Origin: an uncultured Thermoplasmata archaeon
GTDB lineage: Archaea; Thermoplasmatota; Thermoplasmata; Halarchaeoplasmatales; Halarchaeoplasmataceae
Length of the DNA: 64,000 nucleotides
Direction: 5' to 3'
NCBI GenBank assembly: GCA_964486225.1
Contig: CAZAMQ010000001.1
Location: 2,660-66,659, forward strand
Part shown: positions 1 to 7,066 of the stretch, piece after piece
How positions within the stretch are numbered: the first letter of the stretch is position 1
Layout: every line of letters starts with the position of its first letter
The notes under the pieces: generated by a model
What the model saw: the letters and a program-made list of their open reading frames with translations, nothing else
What the model was told of the DNA's origin: nothing
The model's database searches: none
Translations under genes and position numbers: made by a program

Positions 1-26
1 GATACCTAAAGGCTTGGTTTCCGATA

Positions 27-1019
27 ATGGCATCCTTTAAAAAAAGAATAATTTATATCGATGGTTTTGCAGGACCAGGAATATATAGGGGTGGAGAGAA
101 CGGTTCCCCAATTATCGCATTAAATATTGTGAAGGATCATGTAATAGATATAAATTCTGAAGTTATCATGATATTTATAGAACAGGACGAAAGAAGATGT
201 TTAAAATTACAAAATGAAATTGATAAGATAGAGCTACCAGACAATGTAAAATACAAAATATATTGTGATACTTTTGAAAGCAAAATAACCGAGATATTAG
301 ATTATCTAGATCAACAAGAAAAAAGATTGGCACCTTCTTTTGTTTTTATAGATCCCTTTGGGTATTCACAAACACCTTTCTGCATAATTGAGAGAATTAT
401 GCAGTATCCTGGATGCGAATTCATGATAACCTTTATGTACGATTTTATAAACAGATTTATTGGTGAATCTGAGAAAGAGAAAACATTTAACGAATTATTC
501 GGAACGAACCAATGGACTGATATAGATAAAGAGGAAAACCCTGAAGGAAGGAAAAGATTTATACACGATTTATATTTAAAACAACTTAGAAGTAGAGGTC
601 GTGTTAAATATTTCAAATCTTTTGAGATGATAAATAAACACAACCATACAGAATATTTTTTGTTTTATGGAACGAAACATCTAAAAGGACTTGAAAAAAT
701 GAAAGAGGCTATGTGGGTAGTAGATTCTGTAGGGGGATACAGCTTTTCAGATAATACAGATCCTCTCCAAACTGTTCTTTTCGAGAAAGAACCAAATTAT
801 TCACAGTTGAAAAGGTTGATTATGAATAAGTTTAAAGGAAGACCGGTACGAATCGAAGAATTGGAAAAATTTGTTATAGAACAGACTCCCTTTTTAAAAA
901 AACATTTACGTAAGCCTATTTTGATTCCAATGGAAAAAGCAGATCCCCCCGAGATAACTGTATCTAATCGAAAACGAAAGGGTACATATCCTAAAGGTTG
1001 TAAAATCACATTCCTATGA
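27..1019 (+). CDS. Putative SAM-dependent methyltransferase-like protein. Motif I-like DGFAGPG lies near the N-terminus and a non-canonical DPFGY sits where an N6/N4-MTase motif IV (NPPY/DPPY) would be. Function unknown.
   Basis: Complete 330-aa ORF. IDGFAGPG at aa 12-19 matches the FxGxG SAM-binding loop. FIDPFGY about 90 aa downstream has gamma-class MTase spacing. Lysine-rich, AT-rich codon usage typical of the island. Confidence 0.4.
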   Translation: MASFKKRIIYIDGFAGPGIYRGGENGSPIIALNIVKDHVIDINSEVIMIFIEQDERRCLKLQNEIDKIELPDNVKYKIYCDTFESKITEILDYLDQQEKRLAPSFVFIDPFGYSQTPFCIIERIMQYPGCEFMITFMYDFINRFIGESEKEKTFNELFGTNQWTDIDKEENPEGRKRFIHDLYLKQLRSRGRVKYFKSFEMINKHNHTEYFLFYGTKHLKGLEKMKEAMWVVDSVGGYSFSDNTDPLQTVLFEKEPNYSQLKRLIMNKFKGRPVRIEELEKFVIEQTPFLKKHLRKPILIPMEKADPPEITVSNRKRKGTYPKGCKITFL

Positions 1020-1185
1020 TGTCACACAAAAGTAATAATAGTATCCTATCTGTAGTCATACAACTAGATAAGGGCGATTAAATGAGGGACGAGGATAAAG
1101 AAGCCCTTCTATTTTTAAGATCAGAAGGATTATCTGCACCGTAAAGGAATTTTTCACGAATTGGTGATTTTCCTATTTATATTGC

Positions 1186-3384
1186 CTAAAAATATCTACC
1201 GCGGCGTTCAGGAATATAATTATCGCTATCTCTATCAATTATTTTCCTTATTTTACCAATATATTCATTTTCTAGAGATTCTAGTTCATTACAATCTTTC
1301 ATGTTTTTACTTTCTTCAATAAATTCTTGTACTTTACCAAATATTTTTCCTTTCGTACTATGACTACCTAACAGGAAATGTTTATTTTCTGAAAATATTT
1401 TGAATAAATGAATTATAAATTCAATACTCATAAAAAGAAATTCATAATCAGAATTCTTAGTTACTCTCTCTCTTGCCTTTTTATTAAGACTTCCAGACCT
1501 AGAACCGTTCCGTAAAAGTTTTTTGCAAATAACCCAAATGATACTTTCACTTTTTATGAGTTTGCTATATTTTGATTCTTCAAGATCTTCTTTTGACTTA
1601 GAAAGTTCACTTTTAGGAATGTCCTTACGTTGTTTGGAATCAATTAAAAATATTTTATCATTAAGTTGAAGTGCACCATCAGTTTCATTAGCACCCCCTC
1701 CAGATAAATAATTGCCGAATAGATATCTCATCAATACATTAATGTGATCCTCGATCTCGTATCCTGCCCTCTTTTCATCCGCAAATCTTTCTCTAAATCC
1801 ATCTGGGTCGAAGTAATAATCCTCAAGTATCTTTATAGATCGACGAGATTCCTTTTCAACCATGAGTTGTTGATGATATTTAAACTGTCTTTGAGATGCT
1901 TTAACTATATATTCTATAACTTCTTCAGAACCTTTCGCTGTCAAAATTTTGTGATAATTCACTCGGGGTAAAATAACATTGTATATTTTATCGAATTTGT
2001 TGAACTGAGTTCTTGTAGCAAGGATGACTTTATAGAAACGCCGGTGTTCATCTGAAGGATCATCTGAATATGACTTAAGTATCAATGTTATTTTGTCTCC
2101 CAAACTTTTATCGTAATCTACTGATGTTATCCTATATTCCCTTCCTTCCAATTGTATATCACTCCTTTCTGAATTTTTCAAAATGTTATATATCTCCTCT
2201 GTTAGTTTATCTTTGTTTATATCTATAGATTCACCACCATTAACTTTCAGAATATCCTTTTCATAAAGAATTTCCAACCCTGATTCTTTAGACATTTCTT
2301 CTAGTGGTTGTAAATATTTAATTCTATAGTTAGAATTAGTGGTGAGAAGTTTATTTATGTAAAAGGAAGATGGTTTATAGTAAGGTTCATATACTTCAAT
2401 ATCATTTTTTTTCAGAATCGTTTCAATTTCATCTCTATATTTTTCGTATTCGTCTGGTAGTTCTAAAGCTATCTTTATGAATTCTTGATTTCCTTCAATT
2501 CTTTTGAATGTTTGAAAGTTCAATTTAAATTCTACATCTTCTTCTTTTTTAACATAAGTAAATGTACATTCATTTATTGACAATATATCCTGTTTATCGT
2601 GAAGGAGAAGATCATAATCTACGAAATCTTGTATATCGATAGGTGTTTCCTTTCCGGACGATACATTAAGAGAAATATCACAATTGTACGATGACAGTTT
2701 AATTTTCCTTAAAAAAATATCTTGGCTTTTCAAATTTGAAATGAAACTTGGTTTGATCTTCAATTCCTCATATTCTTCGGGTTCTTCGTCCTCAAGTTTT
2801 ATTGCGTCCATTTTTTCTGTATTACGTATAAATCTGCTTCTTTGGGTTTTGTTCCCAGATAAAAGTAATTGGTTATTGTCTTTATCTATTTCAATAAGTA
2901 AGGGCGGGTAAAATTCTATCTCTTCTGGTTTAAACATATCTGTATATTCTCTAGTTTTTATATGCCCCCCATATATTATTTTTGGATTTGTACCGTCTTT
3001 CAAAACTATATTGTTCCCCCTTCCTATATCCTCCAAAAAAGATTCAATATCAGTTGTTTCCTCAAACTTCTTAACATCATTTTTTCTAAAACCTTTTTTG
3101 AACCTAATTTTCAGTAAATCTTCGATGTATTGTCTAAAATTTTCCGCAGAATATGTTGGTTTATTTTCATTGAAAGATTCGGCGACTAGGTCAGAAATTC
3201 CATCCCAAAATTCCTCATTTTTCGTATCTACTTTCTCATATTTTCTTTGCAACTTTTGAATTGATGTATCATTTCTTTTGAAAACATTTTTTGCTGAAAT
3301 AAAGATTTTAGCATTTTTAGTGCAAAAGAGGAGAGGTAATATTCTATCTTTAAGATATTCTTTTTCTAACTGGTCTGGTTTCAT
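1186..3384 (-). CDS. Large orphan lysine/glutamate-rich protein (~733 aa from the MKPDQ start; the ORF extends to 3441). No recognisable catalytic motif (no P-loop). There is a possible weak D...EFK PD-(D/E)xK-like segment. It is the third gene of a coupled operon.
   Basis: Long uninterrupted ORF on the minus strand. The internal ATG at 3384 lies 1 nt after the stop of the upstream 93-aa gene (stop 3386-3388, ATG 3382-3384), implying translational coupling. I recognise no conserved family motif. Confidence 0.5.
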   Translation of the reverse strand: MKPDQLEKEYLKDRILPLLFCTKNAKIFISAKNVFKRNDTSIQKLQRKYEKVDTKNEEFWDGISDLVAESFNENKPTYSAENFRQYIEDLLKIRFKKGFRKNDVKKFEETTDIESFLEDIGRGNNIVLKDGTNPKIIYGGHIKTREYTDMFKPEEIEFYPPLLIEIDKDNNQLLLSGNKTQRSRFIRNTEKMDAIKLEDEEPEEYEELKIKPSFISNLKSQDIFLRKIKLSSYNCDISLNVSSGKETPIDIQDFVDYDLLLHDKQDILSINECTFTYVKKEEDVEFKLNFQTFKRIEGNQEFIKIALELPDEYEKYRDEIETILKKNDIEVYEPYYKPSSFYINKLLTTNSNYRIKYLQPLEEMSKESGLEILYEKDILKVNGGESIDINKDKLTEEIYNILKNSERSDIQLEGREYRITSVDYDKSLGDKITLILKSYSDDPSDEHRRFYKVILATRTQFNKFDKIYNVILPRVNYHKILTAKGSEEVIEYIVKASQRQFKYHQQLMVEKESRRSIKILEDYYFDPDGFRERFADEKRAGYEIEDHINVLMRYLFGNYLSGGGANETDGALQLNDKIFLIDSKQRKDIPKSELSKSKEDLEESKYSKLIKSESIIWVICKKLLRNGSRSGSLNKKARERVTKNSDYEFLFMSIEFIIHLFKIFSENKHFLLGSHSTKGKIFGKVQEFIEESKNMKDCNELESLENEYIGKIRKIIDRDSDNYIPERRGRYF

Positions 3385-3385
3385 G

Positions 3386-3667
3386 TTAACGCACCTCAAT
3401 ATATTCGTTAATTCTCTTCTTGGTTTCTGTGTACATCTCATTATAATTTTGTTGATCGTTAATTAGTATATGTCTATGACAGTATCCTCTTAAGTGTATC
3501 CTGTGGCGTTTCGGTATATCGCCTTTAACCATTTTCATAAAATTTAGAAATTCATTATTTCTGTTGTTGTTATACTCTATATGTTGTTTATAGATTTCAA
3601 ATAGTTGTTTTTCGTTGTCCTTGATTATTTGCTTTAACTGTTCATCATCTTCCCATATTTTTTCCAT
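3386..3667 (-). CDS. Small hypothetical protein (93 aa), the middle gene of the three-gene minus-strand operon.
   Basis: ORF flanked by 1-nt gaps to both neighbours: upstream stop at 3669-3671 versus ATG 3665-3667, downstream as above. Charged and lysine-rich, with no motif recognised. Confidence 0.4.
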   Translation of the reverse strand: MEKIWEDDEQLKQIIKDNEKQLFEIYKQHIEYNNNRNNEFLNFMKMVKGDIPKRHRIHLRGYCHRHILINDQQNYNEMYTETKKRINEYIEVR

Positions 3668-3668
3668 T

Positions 3669-4049
3669 TTAATCCCTCTTTATTTGGTTTTCCAAATTTT
3701 CTGTGTGTGTATCTAACTCTTCTGTTAAATTTATAATTTTTATAGCTATTTTTTGAGCTGTTTTATTTCTCATTCTTCTTGTAGTGTGTTGAACCGATCC
3801 TTCCTGAACTTTGCCAAAACGATCGATGACCGGATCTCGTTTATTTAAATCAGATTTAATTTCATCCCATCTATCTTGAAATTCGCGAGGAAAATCATCA
3901 CTATTAAGAACAAACAGGTCATTCAAATAAGCATCTCTGACTCTTTCTCGAACATTGCTTTCATTTGTGGCCAACGTATCACAAGCAAGATGCAATCTAC
4001 TTATCGTATACCTATATTTTTGAACCATTTCTTCTATTGTCATGTCCAT
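3669..4049 (-). CDS. Small hypothetical protein (126 aa), the first gene of the three-gene minus-strand operon.
   Basis: ORF with ATG at 4049 preceded by a long AT-rich non-coding leader (4050-4700). No motif recognised. Confidence 0.4.
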   Translation of the reverse strand: MDMTIEEMVQKYRYTISRLHLACDTLATNESNVRERVRDAYLNDLFVLNSDDFPREFQDRWDEIKSDLNKRDPVIDRFGKVQEGSVQHTTRRMRNKTAQKIAIKIINLTEELDTHTENLENQIKRD

Positions 4050-4807
4050 CTAATTTCATACGGTAATATAATTGATATATATTTAAAGTTGCCTAACTTT
4101 GGGACATTTGTAGCTAAGTTAATTTAAATAAATATGAAAAATGTAGTATTATGGTCAATCTACCCATTATTAGTATCGGAATTTACGTAATTGCGATTAT
4201 AGCTAAAATCTTCACATATTTACAAAATAAACGTTGGAAAGAAAAAATTCCGGCATATCAAATGTTTTTCGAAGTGAGTGTACCCCAAGGCTAAAGCCAT
4301 TGGGACATATTGAGATAACTTGTTCTCTCGAAAACAGGAACTATGTTCCAGTGGATTGAGGGAACTTGTTCCCTAAAGAGTTGTAATCAGGATTCCGACG
4401 TACTCTATTGTTGTCAGGCAAAGTCCTTTAGATATTTCAGGAAAATCGATTTATTTTCCTGATATCGAAGGAATTCTATGATAATTTCTATAGAGAAGTT
4501 TGAGGAGTTCTTGAAGATCGGTATAATCTTTTTGATATGGCGAGTGAATTACTCGGAATATCTATGTAGTGGTGAGATTGAAATACATATCCAATAGAAG
4601 TCCTGTATAGGAATCCAGCTATGATAGATGAGTTGGAGAAGGTTGTCCACTTCCTTCTAACGAGTACATCTACGATGTACGAGTGTGAAGAATTTTGATT
4701 CCATACAACCCAAACATAAAAGGTTGGGGAATTAGGGTTAAGGCAGGTTTATTAAATCATATTGTTTGGTATAATCATCTACATATTGTTCTAAATAACG
4801 GTTATTT

Positions 4808-5044
4808 CTATTTTCGCTTAAATTTACCTTCTATCCAGAAATCACCCGTATACGCATTTCCCCCCAATCTTATTTCCTCTAAATCCTCTTTGATCTCTTG
4901 TATTTTATCTTCTAATTTTTTATGTGGGGTAAAGAAAGGCTCGTTCTGTTCTGTGAAATCGACAATTATATCCTCCAAGGGTGTGAAAAAAAAAGTTTCA
5001 CTGTTCTTTTTGATCTTCTTTACCAGAGACATTTCATGTTGCAT
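4808..5044 (-). CDS. Possible small acidic protein (78 aa). Weak call.
   Basis: ORF with protein-like E/K-rich composition. The overlapping plus-strand ORF 4695-5054 has non-protein-like composition. Isolated in an otherwise non-coding AT-rich region. Confidence 0.2.
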   Translation of the reverse strand: MQHEMSLVKKIKKNSETFFFTPLEDIIVDFTEQNEPFFTPHKKLEDKIQEIKEDLEEIRLGGNAYTGDFWIEGKFKRK

Positions 5045-5130
5045 AGTATTGTAAACTCGGAAGGGTATTTATAAGTTACGGTTGTTACATAAAGAGAAGT
5101 TTTATATAGTTATACCCACATGGGAATAGT

Positions 5131-5487
5131 ATGTTAGAGTATGTATGTCTAAATTGTTGGCATAGTTTTAAACCAAGAGACGAAACTGTAAGCAGGAGGA
5201 AATGTTCAAACTGCAAAAGCAGTAGAGTAGTGGAATTAAAGACTTTAGCGAAAGCTCTAACAGGAGCAAAAGAATGGCTTGAAAAACAGAAAAAACCATT
5301 ACCTTTTTCTAGTGTATTGGTTGTTATCAGAGATTTTCCAACTATCCATAATATACTTAAAAATTCACCTTTCCCTAGGGGTATAGAAACTTTGAATCAA
5401 ATAATAGAATGGGCTAAAGATTGGGATAATGATCGTCTTTCAGCAAAGGAATATTTAATTTTAAAGTTAAGAGAAGTAAATCCATAA
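5131..5487 (+). CDS. Small Zn-ribbon protein (118 aa), the first gene of the RelA/SpoT-domain cassette.
   Basis: N-terminal CxxC-x19-CxxC (CLNCWHSF...CSNCKS) zinc-ribbon signature. Same strand as the next two genes, 128 bp upstream of the following gene. Confidence 0.5.
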   Translation: MLEYVCLNCWHSFKPRDETVSRRKCSNCKSSRVVELKTLAKALTGAKEWLEKQKKPLPFSSVLVVIRDFPTIHNILKNSPFPRGIETLNQIIEWAKDWDNDRLSAKEYLILKLREVNP

Positions 5488-5615
5488 CACATTATATATT
5501 GTTTGAGTATTTAAAATGGTTTTACAATGAAATTATAATTTGTTCATAACCTCCAATTTGAACATGTAAACTAGAATCACAGTAACACATATTAGGAAGT
5601 AATTGTATAAAGAGA

Positions 5616-7019
5616 GTGATAGTTATGAGTAAAGAGGGACCCCTGGATGTAAAAATAGAAAAAGCGATTAGAAAGTCATCTCCGTCAAAAAAATCTACCT
5701 TCGATTTGATTAATAATTTCCTTTCTAATCGAGATTTGAACATATTTTTTAATCATTTGTCAACAAATCAACATTATAAGCAATTGTTGTTCCTTCATCG
5801 TTACGATTTGTTTGATCTTGAGGATGAAATGTTACCTTTGTATTTTCACCTTTGCAGCTTATCGATGGGTGAAAGTGAATTGGCGACACAAATAGAAGAC
5901 CCAACTCTAGAATATGTGATATCGAAAGAGAGTGAAGCTATAAGCAACGGTATGGTTTTTTTACAAAATTTATTAGCTTTAGATGAAGGTCAATGGGATA
6001 TATTCTTGGAGGACATAATGGATGTGGTGGCTTATTTATCAATCTATTTTATCAGATATAATCAGAATATTAAAAATCTAGTTAATGCTGAAATATTTGA
6101 CTACGAGACTATGAAAGCCGTTTTAAAAAGTTACGAGAATACTATTAATTTCAGCTCATTTATTGAGGAAACGGTATCCGCATTAGAAACTGACCAAGAT
6201 GTAATAGATCCGATTATAAAAGAAAAAATATTTAAACTACTTACACAGGTCTTCTCGGGGTTCAGAAAAAACCTGAATCTTCTAATAGAAGATACTGATA
6301 AATTTTTACCAAATTTCAAATTAACTTATCATTTATCATCTAGTATATTGATAAAAAAACTTCTATCGCTATCGGGCCTATCCTTTAATGAATATACAAA
6401 ATTTCTTGATGAACTATATCGAAATCGTTTGATCGAAAATAAAAGTACGATATTTTGGTGTGAAAATTGTAGTCTTGAGAATCCATCTTATTCGGAACAT
6501 CATGGCAGAATCGCACCTTCAAAAATATCTCGAAATAACTGTTTGTATTGTAATCAACCACAATCTTATGCATCTATATTTTCGATAGATACAACTTTAA
6601 AGGAGGCTATACTTTCTAAGGATGGCCTTTTGTCTGTTTATCTCGGTTGGTTATTAAAAAAAGAGGGTATCAAGTTTGAAGTTGGTGGATATACCGCTAA
6701 ATTTGAAAATGATTTCGTTATCGATAATTCTATTCTGGTAGAGTGTAAGATGTTTAAATCCAACAAAGATCGAGTTGCGATACGTTCTAATTTGGATAGT
6801 TGTTTTTCTCAAATTAAAAAGCATATCAAACAGTTAGAAAAAGAGGGAACAAAAATACAAAGAGCATATCTTGTTTGGAATCGAAGAGAAACAGAAAAAG
6901 AAATCCAGAATAAACTGGAATCCAAATATATGGAATTGTTTAGAAAATATAGTTTAAAAATCATATGCCCAGATAAGATAGAAGAACTTGTTGAGGTGAT
7001 AAAATCCTATGATCGATAG
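5616..7019 (+). CDS. Zn-ribbon + PD-(D/E)xK nuclease-like protein (467 aa).
   Basis: Central CxxC-x25-CxxC (CENCS...CLYCN). The C-terminal segment GGYTAKFENDFVIDNSILVECKMFK gives a D-x(6)-E-C-K pattern (nt ~6711-6758), typical of restriction-endonuclease-fold nucleases. 47 bp upstream of the next gene. Confidence 0.55.
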   Translation: MIVMSKEGPLDVKIEKAIRKSSPSKKSTFDLINNFLSNRDLNIFFNHLSTNQHYKQLLFLHRYDLFDLEDEMLPLYFHLCSLSMGESELATQIEDPTLEYVISKESEAISNGMVFLQNLLALDEGQWDIFLEDIMDVVAYLSIYFIRYNQNIKNLVNAEIFDYETMKAVLKSYENTINFSSFIEETVSALETDQDVIDPIIKEKIFKLLTQVFSGFRKNLNLLIEDTDKFLPNFKLTYHLSSSILIKKLLSLSGLSFNEYTKFLDELYRNRLIENKSTIFWCENCSLENPSYSEHHGRIAPSKISRNNCLYCNQPQSYASIFSIDTTLKEAILSKDGLLSVYLGWLLKKEGIKFEVGGYTAKFENDFVIDNSILVECKMFKSNKDRVAIRSNLDSCFSQIKKHIKQLEKEGTKIQRAYLVWNRRETEKEIQNKLESKYMELFRKYSLKIICPDKIEELVEVIKSYDR

Positions 7020-7066
7020 GACTGTAATATATTATATCATTAACCCCCCTCAAAAGAGACATTGGG

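Noticed and set aside
4337-4373. ORB-like element GTTCCAGTGGATTGAGGGAAC resembling the archaeal origin-recognition box core (TCCAGTGGAAAC...GGGG)
   Set aside because: Only the first 9 bp match the ORB core and it is a single copy. No orc1/cdc6 gene or flanking AT-rich unwinding element with paired ORBs is nearby. More likely it is part of the GGAAC/GTTCC palindrome cluster.
4695-5054. Plus-strand 119-aa ORF in the AT-rich leader
   Set aside because: Composition is non-protein-like (runs of hydrophobic and Ser residues, no charged periodicity). The overlapping minus-strand ORF looks more plausible and even that is weak.
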